Origin: Puniceicoccaceae bacterium
GTDB taxonomy: Bacteria; Verrucomicrobiota; Verrucomicrobiia; Opitutales; Oceanipulchritudinaceae
Assembly (NCBI GenBank): GCA_040830765.1
Contig: JBFOMH010000013.1
Location: forward strand, 96,001-160,000
Length of the DNA: 64,000 bases
Direction: 5' to 3'
Part shown: piece after piece, positions 1 through 10,020 of the stretch
Numbering within the stretch: position 1 is the first letter of the stretch
Layout of the letters: each line of letters begins with the position of its first letter
The notes under the pieces: generated by a model
The model's database searches: none
Told to the model about the DNA's origin: nothing
The model's input: the letters and a program-made list of their open reading frames with translations, nothing else
Program-made: the position numbers and the translations under genes

Positions 1-1029
1 CTTCATGCTGTAACTGAAGACCCACGGCCAGTGTTCGTCGGCAATCCAGCCCATGCGGCCCATGTAGCCGTGCCCGGCCGGACCCCGGGCAACCGAATGC
101 CCCCACCATGAACCGATGGGAATGATGTCCATGGCTTTTTGTGCCAATACAGCATGAGTGGCAGTGGTTGGGTGGAAGCCATCCCAGGAAAGATATTCAT
201 TGGGATTGGGAACAAGGGTTCCTGCGGTTAGATCCAAGGCCGGCATCCAGACCTCCACGAGGCCATAAGATCCCGGATCGGCTAACAATCCGCCATAAAG
301 GGTCTCAATGTCGAGTCGCAGAATGGTCACCTTGTCGTAGGCGTTCTCAATCCGGTTCAAAGCCTGCTCAAGCCCGGCATTAAATCCATTGACCAGAAGC
401 TCCAGCTGGGCTTGGGCCTCCGGTGGCTGGGACAATCCGTACGGGGTCAGGTGCAATGGCGGCATGTTCATGACAAGGAACATCCGCGCGCCCAGTTCAT
501 GCAGGCCAACGATGCCACGGGCGATATTGGTCACGGAATTCTGAATATCCTCCCGCGTTACCGGCCGCTGCTCGGTTTCGATAATGCGGAGGAAATCATT
601 GGGGCCGAACCAGACCGTGAAAAGTTGCCATGGCATCGGTCCCGGAATCTCCTCATTGGCGACCGCATTTTGCCACATGCGGATCTGGGCCCAGAAATTG
701 GGTGTGTCCTGATCACTCAGGCCGGCTCCGGATTCAGCACCGCCAAAGGCAAAGTTTGTTCCTCCTGCAAGTGAAGGGCTGACATCGAAACCGTAGGCAC
801 CAGCCGCGATCTCAATCCAAACAAGGCCGTTGGAAGCGCGGTTGTTGTAATAGGGGAACGGGTAATTGGGTGGGAGTGTGGGATCATCCCGGCCTTCTGC
901 CCAAATGGCTGAATTGCCATTGGCCGAGAGACTGTCACCAAAGACAACAATGCTCTTAATGCCGGGTTTTGCCTGTACCCCCGCAACAATAAAGCAGCAT
1001 ACCGCTGCAAGGAGACATCTGTTAAACAT
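1..1029 (-). CDS. Secreted SGNH/GDSL lipase-esterase with C-terminal Trp-rich module (3' end runs off window)
   Basis: Not in ORF track (no stop in window). Hand translation from ATG 1029: MFNRCLLAAVCCFIVAGVQAKPGIKSIVVFGDSLS (signal peptide + GDSL), NFAFGGA (block II), WFGPNDF (block III), WDGFHPT (block V), then MGWIADEHWPWVFSYSMK; AAAGG upstream of ATG. Confidence 0.9.
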   Translation of the reverse strand, partial: MFNRCLLAAVCCFIVAGVQAKPGIKSIVVFGDSLSANGNSAIWAEGRDDPTLPPNYPFPYYNNRASNGLVWIEIAAGAYGFDVSPSLAGGTNFAFGGAESGAGLSDQDTPNFWAQIRMWQNAVANEEIPGPMPWQLFTVWFGPNDFLRIIETEQRPVTREDIQNSVTNIARGIVGLHELGARMFLVMNMPPLHLTPYGLSQPPEAQAQLELLVNGFNAGLEQALNRIENAYDKVTILRLDIETLYGGLLADPGSYGLVEVWMPALDLTAGTLVPNPNEYLSWDGFHPTTATHAVLAQKAMDIIPIGSWWGHSVARGPAGHGYMGRMGWIADEHWPWVFSYSMK

Positions 1030-1125
1030 AGTAGTACCTTTCTCTGGGGGATAGTACCCACTTGCAAGTGCAAGTCAACACAATCCAGATGGCCAGACTG
1101 GAGTCCTGTTCCGGAGTCCCGGCCG

Positions 1126-1878
1126 CTAAAACTGCACCTTGATACGCGCTTTGACAACAGTTGGCCGTCCATTACACCGTGGTGGCGCGAAGCGAAACTG
1201 CTCAACAGTCTGGTGGGCAGCATCCCTCAAAAACGGGTCATCTTCCTGATCAGAGCGGACGACCCTGGGGATCCCATCCTGATCAATATAAAATTCCACC
1301 TCCTGTTCGCCGGAGACGCGGTTTCCTGCCTCATCAATGAAGACGACCGGCTTCCCCTCGCTGATTAGCTTCAATGGTTCATCCAAGGCATGGCCTGGGG
1401 CCACCCGGAGACCGTACAGGCCGCCACTCATCCGGTTGAGCTTTATTTCAAGGTAAGTGGCCGGATCGAGATTGATAATTCCGTAGTAGCCAACCTCCCC
1501 CACCGGAACATCGACAACAATGTCAATCAGGACTGCTTCCCCATCCATCATTGCTGGTTGGAACCGAGCGGATTGGAAGGCGCGGTCAAGGGGCCGAATC
1601 AAATCGTAGTGCGGTAAGTCCAAGGCTACCCAGTCGATAACGGATCCTGACTCATCAATTCGTAAAATAACCGTTGCGGTGGCATCCGCATCAACCAAGT
1701 GGACAATGGTGTAGGGGATATTAATATGGAGGGGCCACAACAGCACGGGATCGATGATCTCGGGACCATCTGCGTTCCCGGCTGATGTGGCTGACTGCCC
1801 GCCTGTTGAAAGTATAAGGAAAATGAGCCCGGCAATCAGCAACCGGGCCAGACAGCGAAGACTGTTGCCCCTCCTCAT
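1126..1878 (-). CDS. TonB family protein with two TonB C-terminal-like domains
   Basis: N-terminal hydrophobic segment; two units of the type (IDESG/IDQDG)...(ARFQPAMMDGEAV / FRFAPPRCNGRPTVVK). Confidence 0.7.
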   Translation of the reverse strand: MRRGNSLRCLARLLIAGLIFLILSTGGQSATSAGNADGPEIIDPVLLWPLHINIPYTIVHLVDADATATVILRIDESGSVIDWVALDLPHYDLIRPLDRAFQSARFQPAMMDGEAVLIDIVVDVPVGEVGYYGIINLDPATYLEIKLNRMSGGLYGLRVAPGHALDEPLKLISEGKPVVFIDEAGNRVSGEQEVEFYIDQDGIPRVVRSDQEDDPFLRDAAHQTVEQFRFAPPRCNGRPTVVKARIKVQF

Positions 1879-1903
1879 TGGAACACCAGTAACTTATTGC
1901 AAA

Positions 1904-3040
1904 TCAGGCCTGGTGGCAACTGGAATCGGTGGAACTCACCGCGGCGGTGAAGGCAGCATCGTACCTTGGCGACAGGCGGGCCCAGTCATACCGGCCAACT
2001 GCCCCAGCCTGCTGGCATGGTTCCCGCCAGGCACCGGATTCAATCAGCGCGGAGATGCTGTCAACTGCCTCCTCCAGATGCTCGTAGAAGTACCGTTTGT
2101 CATCCAGATGCTCGGGATAAGCCAACCTTCGCGGAAGGACTGGATGATTACCGGTATATATAGCCTCCACCACACTACCGCCAAAGAAGTCCTGGATGCT
2201 GGTCACCGGCAGGATATCTGACCGCCAAAGCCAGCGGGCATAGTCGGCAAAGGCCTCCACGGGTCCATCATGGACAATAGCCGGGCCCAGTACCTTCCTT
2301 GTTTCGGCAAGGCCGGAAGGCTCCCCGGACCCGCGTTCGCCGAGGAGGGCCACTTCGAAAGTGAGACCACGCTGATGCAACTGCAGGAGAATCTGCAGGA
2401 AGGCTTCCGGACATTTGTCGAACTCCCAACGGTGGTTCCACAGGATCAGGGGAACGGCTTTGGTTTCCGGTCGCGAAGGGCGGTATTCGTCAAGGGCCCG
2501 GAGATCCAGTCCGAGCGGCAACACATCCGACTTCGCCACTATCTCGTCAACCGTTTCAAGGTTCACGGAGTCGGGATAACGTTTCAGGATTTCCGGCAGG
2601 GACGAGAGGAAACTGTCCTTGTGGTAGTGGGAATTAAAATACACCTTTTGTACGGCCAATGCACTGGTGTAATTGATCCAGCCGTAATGCAGGTCGCGGG
2701 ACTCCGTGACATCCGTATCCCGCGGGGAAACAGGATAGGAAATCTGGTTCTCGTGGAAATAGGCGACTACGGGAGTCCTGATTCCTGCCTGGCGTATCAA
2801 GGAAATAAATACAGCGACATCCATCATGTCACTGACGAGGAACAGGTCATACCGGGATCCCGAATGAATGACCTGCCGGGCCAGGGTCACCGCCGCCCCA
2901 TGCATCCTCCACTTCCAGTGACGAGCGGGCAGGGAAAGAATTTCGATATGGTGTTCAGAGTACTGTACCAGCCCGTCGGCCCAGCGTCGGTGGGATCCAC
3001 CGTACCAAGGCTCGAGCAACCCGATTTGCAACCCGCTCAT
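1904..3040 (-). CDS. GT-B glycosyltransferase, DUF3524/GTDC1-like
   Basis: YGGSHRRWADGL, WKWRMHG, YFHENQ, FNSHYH, ILWNHRWEFDK, LAYPE motifs; start overlaps upstream stop (ATGA). Confidence 0.85.
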   Translation of the reverse strand: MSGLQIGLLEPWYGGSHRRWADGLVQYSEHHIEILSLPARHWKWRMHGAAVTLARQVIHSGSRYDLFLVSDMMDVAVFISLIRQAGIRTPVVAYFHENQISYPVSPRDTDVTESRDLHYGWINYTSALAVQKVYFNSHYHKDSFLSSLPEILKRYPDSVNLETVDEIVAKSDVLPLGLDLRALDEYRPSRPETKAVPLILWNHRWEFDKCPEAFLQILLQLHQRGLTFEVALLGERGSGEPSGLAETRKVLGPAIVHDGPVEAFADYARWLWRSDILPVTSIQDFFGGSVVEAIYTGNHPVLPRRLAYPEHLDDKRYFYEHLEEAVDSISALIESGAWREPCQQAGAVGRYDWARLSPRYDAAFTAAVSSTDSSCHQA

Positions 3041-5211
3041 TTATCAAGGGCCCAGAAGAGGAAGGCATAAACATCCGCCTGTTCCTCCCAGATAGCACTC
3101 CGGGCAACGCCCCCATGCCCGGCCTCGAACTCCACCCGCAGAAAGAAGGGACCCCCCTCGTCATCGGCCTGCTGCAGGCGGGCCGCCATCTTGCCCGGCA
3201 TCCAGGGGTCAACCCGGGTATCGTTGTATCCGCAGGTTAGCAGGACCGGCGGATAACGCACCCCGTCCTGAACGCCAAAATAGCTGTCCATTGCGAGTAC
3301 GTATGGGAACTCCTCCGGATCGAGGGGGTTTCCATATTCAGGATAGTTCGCCGGGCCGTTGGCCCGCCGGTGATTCCGGACAGGGTTGTGGTTGCCCACC
3401 GAGGAAACAATGGCCCCGAACAAGCCGGGATCGGCTTGCATCGCCTTGCCAACAAGGACACCGCCCATGCTGCCTCCCTGCGCAGCAATGCGTCCGCGGG
3501 AAGTATACCCCTGCTCGATGAGAAATTCCGCGCAGGCATTCAAGTCGAGCCAGCTGTTGCGCTTGGTCTCCAAATGGCCGCCATCATGCCATGCCTTGCC
3601 CAGTTCGCCACCGCCGCGGACATGCGCCACCACAAAAACACCACCCCGCTCAATCCACGGAAGCCGTAACGGCCCGTAACCCGGGCGCAGGGAAGTACCA
3701 TAGGCCCCGTAACCCCAGATACGAGCTAGATTGGTTCCATCCAGCTGAACGGATTCATGGTGCACGACCGTCAGGGGTACCTTCACCCCATCGTGCGAGG
3801 GAACCATGTAGCGCTTCGTAACCATGCCTTCGGGGGCGTCAAACGGCCCCAGTGGACGCAAGTCACTCTGTTCCACTGTTCCGTCTTCCGGGTTGTAGCG
3901 GTAATAGGCGAAGGCGCGGGTCCACGAGGTCAGGGCAAGGTATGGATCCGGCATCCGGTAGTCGTTGCTGAGGATAGTAACCCGGCCCACCACTGGCAGG
4001 TCGACCATCTTGAAGACGGAACCGGGATCACCCAAATCTTTTGTCATGAGGAAATCGATACCTACTTCCATTCCCGTCACATAGAGCCTGCCTCCAAGCA
4101 CATTGATACCGGACAGAACCTTGTCGCTTTGCGGGAGAATCTCCACGATGCGCGACTTATCGAAACCCTCAATGGCAGCAGAGAGGACCTTACGCCTCGG
4201 GGCATCCTTGTGGGACAGCATGTAGAGCATGCCGTCGTGATAATCGACCGATTCAATGCCATCCTCCTTCGTGCAGATGTTCGTCCACACTGTCTCACTC
4301 GCCTTCGCGGGGTCAAAGTCCCTGGCCACGAAATAACTGTCTGCCCGTTCCACCCCGTGGGAAATTACCGCCATGGTGTAGGGACTGTCAGGAAGCGGAA
4401 ACAGATAAGCCGTATCCACCTCGCTCATCCCGGGAAGCGGCAGATTGTCGTACCAGACGACCAGCTCGTCCCGCCCAAGGTCGGTACCCAACTTGTGGAA
4501 CTTGGTATACTGGCGCTTATAGCGGTCGCCGGGATCCTGGTCAGGACTGTCCGGGCGCAGTTGGGTATAGTAGAATCCGCTCCCGTCCTGCAACCAGCCG
4601 GGATAGGACCGTACCCTCGGGATGGGCCCGTCAACCACTTCACCGGTTTCCACCTCAATGATATAAAGGTCCGGAATTTCCGCTCCTCCGGCCCCAATAG
4701 TCACCCCAACCAAATCGCCATCATAGGATGGCTGATAGCCCAATATCGAATGGATGGTATCCGTGGCGGCGAAATTGGCTGCGTCGGCCACCAAGCGACC
4801 CTCCCCGTCAATCCCATCACGGTAATACAACTTGCCGACCTCTTCCCCGACTTCCTGCTTAAGGTAGAAGAAGCGGTCAAAACGGCGATTGAAGGAGGAA
4901 ATTTTAACCGTCTTGGCTTCGTCAATCTCCTTGATACGCTCGTAGAGCTCATCTCGACCGGGCATCTTGCCAATCTGCTTGCGGGCAAAGGCATCCTGGT
5001 CCCGGAACCACTCCTCGTTGTCCGGGTCATTCTTGTCCTCCAGCCAGACAAAAGGATCCGGCAGGCGTACATTGCCATACTCGTGGACGACTTCCTTGAC
5101 CGGGGTTTTCGGGTAGCGGAGCTTCTTGGCTACTGAGGTCAGGGGAGCCAACAGCAGTCCGGCTGTTACAAGCATAAGGACGACACGACGGAATAAACTA
5201 ATACGATCCAT
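3037..5211 (-). CDS. Prolyl oligopeptidase family S9A, secreted
   Basis: Signal peptide; DPFVWLED, GYGAYG, VRGGGELGKAWH, GGSMGG nucleophile, DTRV, AGHG. Confidence 0.93.
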   Translation of the reverse strand: MDRISLFRRVVLMLVTAGLLLAPLTSVAKKLRYPKTPVKEVVHEYGNVRLPDPFVWLEDKNDPDNEEWFRDQDAFARKQIGKMPGRDELYERIKEIDEAKTVKISSFNRRFDRFFYLKQEVGEEVGKLYYRDGIDGEGRLVADAANFAATDTIHSILGYQPSYDGDLVGVTIGAGGAEIPDLYIIEVETGEVVDGPIPRVRSYPGWLQDGSGFYYTQLRPDSPDQDPGDRYKRQYTKFHKLGTDLGRDELVVWYDNLPLPGMSEVDTAYLFPLPDSPYTMAVISHGVERADSYFVARDFDPAKASETVWTNICTKEDGIESVDYHDGMLYMLSHKDAPRRKVLSAAIEGFDKSRIVEILPQSDKVLSGINVLGGRLYVTGMEVGIDFLMTKDLGDPGSVFKMVDLPVVGRVTILSNDYRMPDPYLALTSWTRAFAYYRYNPEDGTVEQSDLRPLGPFDAPEGMVTKRYMVPSHDGVKVPLTVVHHESVQLDGTNLARIWGYGAYGTSLRPGYGPLRLPWIERGGVFVVAHVRGGGELGKAWHDGGHLETKRNSWLDLNACAEFLIEQGYTSRGRIAAQGGSMGGVLVGKAMQADPGLFGAIVSSVGNHNPVRNHRRANGPANYPEYGNPLDPEEFPYVLAMDSYFGVQDGVRYPPVLLTCGYNDTRVDPWMPGKMAARLQQADDEGGPFFLRVEFEAGHGGVARSAIWEEQADVYAFLFWALDK

Positions 5212-5269
5212 GACGGAAAAGGAATGCCGGCAGGCCTGTTTTGCAAGTTCCCTCAGCCAATCAGTACTA

Positions 5270-6424
5270 TCACCAGAGGTTGGTATGGGTAAGGATCAAT
5301 TCCACAGGATCGTTCAGAACCGGCTCCTCCTGCCGGCTGCGGATGAGACCCACGCCCGGGGCCAGCCACATTTCCGTCTCAAGGTCCTCAGAGGGACCCC
5401 CGAACGGATCCGGGGAGTGGACAGAGGCACGGATGACCACGACATCACTGTAGGACCTTCCCTGAAGAATATAGAGGGGGATCTTGTCGATCAATTCGTA
5501 GCGGATTGCCGGATAAAAGGGTGTAGAGAAATTCTGTCTATCCTCCAGAAAATCGTTCGCCCAAACCTCATAGGTGCCTGACACCCAGCCACCGGAGGCC
5601 CATTGCTCATAAACCGTCCCGACTGGGAGCTGATACAGGTCAGCCCGCCATGGAAGGTTGACCAGCAACTCACCGATGACATTGGTATTGGCCGATGCAT
5701 TAACGAGAAAGCTGTTCCCGACGACGCTGAATGCCAGGGACAGGTTTATTGAACTATCATCGAGATAAACACCCAGGTCATCACGCACAAATTGGCTGCT
5801 TTCCGCCCCGGTCAGGACGCCGACAATTGGATAGTAGAAACCATCGACTAAAACTCGTCCAGTGGCATCCGCCTCCATCGTTGAGTTCTGCAGCAGGTCC
5901 CTTCCTGAGAAACGGACAGAATACTTACTGAAGCTCAGGAACAATTCGACATCATCAACCTGGCCACCAACGGGATTACCGCCATTGACACTATAGTCCC
6001 AGGTGAAGACCTGCGATCCTTCCGGTACCGGAAAGTAACTGGCACTCGACGCAACCGCCGCATCGCTGACCCATTCCTCCGGAGCCCGGTCGAAAAACCA
6101 GCGGGGATTAACGGATCCCCTCGCATAATAGATCCATCCACGATTCTGTTCATAGATGTTGGGGTAGCTTTCCTTGCTCGTCCAGAGCCACCCTAGGCCG
6201 GGGCTCCACAACCAGAGACTCGAAGGGTTTTCATCACCACTGTAGAGCCAGCCATGGTCAAAATGGTAAACCCATGGATAAAATTGGTCGTTGAAGTAAT
6301 CGAACCATTCCAGGTAACGGTTGCCACCCCCTAAATCAACGGCGCCTTCAAAGGGGCTCGCCGGCAGAAGGCTACCACCCCAGGAAAGGGCTGATAGCAT
6401 TAACAATATCCTGCACGCTTTCAT
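5270..6424 (-). CDS. Secreted hypothetical protein with N-terminal Trp-rich module
   Basis: GAGGAG SD before ATG 6424 (MKACRILL signal peptide); WFDYFNDQFYPWVYHFDHGWLY...LGWLWTSKESYPNIY; C-terminal WLAPGVGLIR motif. Confidence 0.75.
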   Translation of the reverse strand: MKACRILLMLSALSWGGSLLPASPFEGAVDLGGGNRYLEWFDYFNDQFYPWVYHFDHGWLYSGDENPSSLWLWSPGLGWLWTSKESYPNIYEQNRGWIYYARGSVNPRWFFDRAPEEWVSDAAVASSASYFPVPEGSQVFTWDYSVNGGNPVGGQVDDVELFLSFSKYSVRFSGRDLLQNSTMEADATGRVLVDGFYYPIVGVLTGAESSQFVRDDLGVYLDDSSINLSLAFSVVGNSFLVNASANTNVIGELLVNLPWRADLYQLPVGTVYEQWASGGWVSGTYEVWANDFLEDRQNFSTPFYPAIRYELIDKIPLYILQGRSYSDVVVIRASVHSPDPFGGPSEDLETEMWLAPGVGLIRSRQEEPVLNDPVELILTHTNLW

Positions 6425-6515
6425 GAAAATCTCCTCCTCACGGAATAATAATATACGCCGCCTCGAATTTCCCGGCAACTCGAAAAAGGTTGGAGCTCCG
6501 CCTTCAGGCGGCCCT

Positions 6516-7064
6516 TCATCCCTCCCAATGGAGTCGCCGGACCCGGACCTGGACCTCGAATTTTTTCAGGAACCAGGGAGTAAAGGGCCCGTTCCAATAA
6601 ACCGCATAGGGCTTGCCGAGAACTTCGAGGTCACTCTCTGTCCGAACCCACCGCAGAAGCTGGGCCCGCGCCTTTTCAAAATTCCTTTTCGTGTAGGCCC
6701 CACGGCCCCCGATAGCCGCCACCATCCGCTCCTCAACCTCAATGACCCGGACCTTTTCAGTATCATTGGTGGCCTTGTCGACCTGGTCATCAGCCACCCA
6801 GAAATACATTGTACCGGGCTCGATCTTCGCCTCCACCGGAGTGGTCATGGAAATGTCGTGCTCCTTGATATACTGGAAGAGCGGCCCAAACAAGCTGTTC
6901 GCCTGGTCGAAATAGTTCCCTTCCCCGATGGACTCGAGGAGGCGGCCTTCCGGCAAGACCTTGACCTCGAATTCACCCGGTTCGGTACGCGGGAATGCCT
7001 GCTGATATGCATGAGCGTTCGACATGAGAAAGAGAATAATGGTGCTGAGAATAACCCGGCTCAT
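6516..7064 (-). CDS. SOUL heme-binding family protein
   Basis: FGPLFQYI, ISMTTPVE, YWNGPFTPWFLKKFEV; signal peptide; start at 7064 inferred. Confidence 0.85.
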   Translation of the reverse strand: MSRVILSTIILFLMSNAHAYQQAFPRTEPGEFEVKVLPEGRLLESIGEGNYFDQANSLFGPLFQYIKEHDISMTTPVEAKIEPGTMYFWVADDQVDKATNDTEKVRVIEVEERMVAAIGGRGAYTKRNFEKARAQLLRWVRTESDLEVLGKPYAVYWNGPFTPWFLKKFEVQVRVRRLHWEG

Positions 7065-7162
7065 GCGGCAAGCTAACCGTTCATTGAAAAATTGCAATCG
7101 GAAGTGCAGCCTTGTGAAATTTGCCTTGGGTCGCTTGGGAATTGCCGCTAAACCCCTAGGGC

Positions 7163-8542
7163 ATGAAAACGGGAAACAGTTACGAAGCCCTGGGTAATCA
7201 ATTGACCGGCCGCCTTATTGAGGCGGGTGATCCATCTTTTGAGGATATCCGATCCATCTGGAACAGCCGGCTGGCGAAAATACCGGCGGCGATTGTCCAG
7301 TGTGCCAATGCGGCCGATGTGGCGGTGACTGTCCAGTTTGCCAACGCCCACGGACTGCGACTGGCTGTTCGCGGGGGCGGGCACAGCTATGCCGGACTGG
7401 GAACCGCCGATGACTGCCTCCTGCTCGATTTCTCCGGCATGAAGGGAATTGAGATCGATCCCTCCACCCGCACCGCAACCGTGCAACCGGGCGTCCTCTG
7501 GGGTGAATTCTATGAAGCCACCCTCCCCCATGGCCTTTTGCCAGTCGGCGGAACGGTTTCCTCGGTCGGCGTGGCCGGTTTCACCCTCGGCGGCGGCAGT
7601 GGCTGGCTGACCCGTAAGCACGGTTTGGCACTCGACAACCTGCTCTCGGTCGAAGCGGTAACCGCCAATGGCGAAATCCTGACCGCCAGCGAAACGGAGA
7701 ATCCTGACCTCTTCTGGGGCATCCGTGGGAGTGCCGGCAATCTCGCCATTGTCACCCGATTTGAATTCCAGCTCCATCGGGTTCCGGCAGAGATATTTGC
7801 GGGGCAGGTTATCTACCCGATGGAGTTGGCCGGGAAGGCCATGCAAGTCTACCGGGAGGTCATGCTATCGGCCCCGGAGGCGTTTACCTGTTATCCAGCG
7901 ACTTTCCGTATACCACCGATTGAGGCCTTTCCGGCAGAGTTGCATGGGCAGGTGGTTTTTGATTTCATTCTCGCCCACATTGGGGATGTTTCTGAGGGAG
8001 AGACGATCGCCGGGCCCCTGCGTGAGATGGGCACGCCCATTATGGACCTCTGCGCACCTCAGCCCCTGGCCAACCACCTCAAGGTCTTTGATGCCGGGAC
8101 GCCGCCCGGGCAGCGCTGGTATTCACGTTCCCACTACTTAAGTGAGTTGAGCGACGATGCCGTTGCGGTCTTTCTCAAGCACTCCGCCAAAATGCAGGGT
8201 GCCTTCACCTTCGCCTACTTTGAGTGGCTCGGCGGAGCGGTCGGTCGAGTCGATCCCGGCGCTACCGCCTTTCCCCATCGCAAGGCCCCTTGTGATTACC
8301 ACATCCTTGCCGGCTGGCCAGGGGAAGAGGAAGACACCGCTGTCATGCAGTGGGTCCGGGACTTCCATCAGGACATGGCGCAATTCTCCAACGGCGGGGT
8401 CTACGTCAACCTACTCGGCGAGGATGAAGGGGCACGGGTCCGGGAAGCATATGGGAGCAATTACGACCGCCTCGTTGAATTGAAACAACGATGGGATCCA
8501 GAGAATCGCCTCCAGAATAACCAGAATATCCGACCACATTAG
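7163..8542 (+). CDS. FAD-binding oxidoreductase, berberine-bridge-enzyme family
   Basis: VRGGGHS covalent-FAD His motif, [22 protein letters not shown] and [14 protein letters not shown] tail. Confidence 0.92.
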   Translation: MKTGNSYEALGNQLTGRLIEAGDPSFEDIRSIWNSRLAKIPAAIVQCANAADVAVTVQFANAHGLRLAVRGGGHSYAGLGTADDCLLLDFSGMKGIEIDPSTRTATVQPGVLWGEFYEATLPHGLLPVGGTVSSVGVAGFTLGGGSGWLTRKHGLALDNLLSVEAVTANGEILTASETENPDLFWGIRGSAGNLAIVTRFEFQLHRVPAEIFAGQVIYPMELAGKAMQVYREVMLSAPEAFTCYPATFRIPPIEAFPAELHGQVVFDFILAHIGDVSEGETIAGPLREMGTPIMDLCAPQPLANHLKVFDAGTPPGQRWYSRSHYLSELSDDAVAVFLKHSAKMQGAFTFAYFEWLGGAVGRVDPGATAFPHRKAPCDYHILAGWPGEEEDTAVMQWVRDFHQDMAQFSNGGVYVNLLGEDEGARVREAYGSNYDRLVELKQRWDPENRLQNNQNIRPH

Positions 8543-8742
8543 GATTCCTCCTGTTCGTCGTTGAAAACATCCTCGATGTGCCGGTCAAAGACCCGGCCAA
8601 TGGCAAAGGCCAGTTTCAGGCTGGGATCGTACTTCCCGTTCTCGAGGGCGATGATGGTCTGGCGGGAGACCCCCAGTTTATCACCCAACGCCACCTGGGA
8701 CCAGCCAGCCTCCGTGCGTAGTTCCTTGAGGGTGTTTTTCAC
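8539..8742 (-). CDS. XRE-family helix-turn-helix regulator
   Basis: GTG start overlapping upstream stop (GTGA); [32 protein letters not shown]. Confidence 0.92.
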   Translation of the reverse strand: MKNTLKELRTEAGWSQVALGDKLGVSRQTIIALENGKYDPSLKLAFAIGRVFDRHIEDVFNDEQEES

Positions 8743-9125
8743 TCGTAGCGCCTCCGGGCAATGGCTTGTCCGATCGTCCACAGAACCATCAGCATCGGGA
8801 ATATCCAGATGGTATCCAGCTTCGGGTAGCCAATTTTCTCGAGAAAACCGTAGGCCACCGTCAACAGGGCCGTCAGGACAGCTGCAAACACCACCGCGTC
8901 CAGCTGAATTTTCCGCTGCAGTTCATCGAGATTGTGCATGCAGCTCATGATGATCTGCATCAACCAGATAATGGGCAGCATTGGCACCAGGGCGATGACC
9001 GTCTGCAGGGCAAAGTTCTCGATGCCGGATGTTTTCAAAACGTAGATAGAGCCGGCTACAGTCGAACAGTAAACCACCGCCCACAGTAGCAGCTTGTTTC
9101 GGTATTTGGGATCACAGGTTGTCAT
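8739..9125 (-). CDS. Small membrane protein (about 4 TM) coupled to XRE gene
   Basis: Hydrophobic segments, [12 protein letters not shown], ends RRYE; AAAGGA upstream. Confidence 0.8.
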   Translation of the reverse strand: MTTCDPKYRNKLLLWAVVYCSTVAGSIYVLKTSGIENFALQTVIALVPMLPIIWLMQIIMSCMHNLDELQRKIQLDAVVFAAVLTALLTVAYGFLEKIGYPKLDTIWIFPMLMVLWTIGQAIARRRYE

Positions 9126-9164
9126 TTCTTTAGTCCTTTCCGTTCAGGATAGCGTGTTTTTCAA

Positions 9165-9218
9165 TGTAAAGTATCCTTAACATGTAAAGCGTGCTTAACA
9201 TGTCAAGCACGCTTTACA
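9165..9218. promoter_or_regulatory. Three tandem 18-bp palindromic operators overlapping a TTGACA -35
   Basis: TGTAAAGTATCCTTAACA (9165-9182), TGTAAAGCGTGCTTAACA (9183-9200), TGTCAAGCACGCTTTACA (9201-9218). Confidence 0.8.
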
Positions 9219-9272
9219 TAAAAATGGAGAAACCTGCCCGGCTAACCGAATTCAACAGGCAGCAGGCGGATC

Positions 9273-9947
9273 CTATCTCCCTGGCATCATGCCGCCCATG
9301 CCGGCTGGCATATTAAACTTCATGAAGCCCTCAGGGGGCTGAAACAGGGCTTCCGGCAGTTCCTTGGGTTCAATCCGCTGGACGGTCATGCGGAAGGACT
9401 CCTTCCCTTTTTCGTAGCCGATTGTCTCGAGCGGGAAAAAGGCCTTGAGCCCTGTCACCATGCGCATGGCCGCTCCCCATCCCTCAAGGATGGGGTTCTC
9501 GGAGTAAGGCATCGTCCCAAGGCCCTCGGTGGCCCAGATGACCATCTTCTCCGCGCCGTCCTCCATCAGGAACTCGTGAGCTTTGAAGCCGAGGATAGTC
9601 CGCGTCTCGCCGGTCCGCTTGAAGGGAAAGTCCTCCTCCAGTTCCTCCTCGTCCGGCGCCGGGACACTGATTCCCTCCGGAATCTCCATTTCCATGTACA
9701 TCCGCTGTGAGGGCACGATCATGATCATCGTCGAAGTCCCGTTGCGGAAAATCATCTCGCCGGACTCCTGTCCCTTACCGGAGATCTTCATCCGCATATT
9801 GCCAGTCTTGACCCAGAAGGTGCAATTGACGACCTCCCCGTCTCCCTGCAGTTGCATGTCGTACTCACCCTCGAAGGCCTTGCCCGACAAGAGCGGAGCA
9901 GCCATCAGGAACAAAAGTATTACTCCCGTTAAGATTGTCTTGTGCAT
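9273..9947 (-). CDS. DUF4412-like secreted protein
   Basis: Signal peptide then AFEGEYDM; FKRTGETRTILGFKAHEF, IWATEGLG, LFQPPEGF. Confidence 0.75.
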   Translation of the reverse strand: MHKTILTGVILLFLMAAPLLSGKAFEGEYDMQLQGDGEVVNCTFWVKTGNMRMKISGKGQESGEMIFRNGTSTMIMIVPSQRMYMEMEIPEGISVPAPDEEELEEDFPFKRTGETRTILGFKAHEFLMEDGAEKMVIWATEGLGTMPYSENPILEGWGAAMRMVTGLKAFFPLETIGYEKGKESFRMTVQRIEPKELPEALFQPPEGFMKFNMPAGMGGMMPGR

Positions 9948-10020
9948 GGGCGGAACTGTACCGATTCCCCGGCCCCCGGCAATGCCTATTGTTAACCACA
10001 AAGAGAGAAAACATATCCCT

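Noticed and set aside
141..1223. Short ORFs in the first 1.2 kb
   Set aside because: They overlap the GDSL gene in other frames or on the other strand.
3757..5136. 459-aa plus-strand ORF (likewise 2270-3070, 12504-13310, 57268-58356, 61687-62493)
   Set aside because: All lie antisense to well-supported genes and show no protein-family features.
9165..9218. Tandem palindromes as a mini CRISPR array
   Set aside because: Units are 18 bp, have no spacers and no cas genes are present; an operator array fits better.
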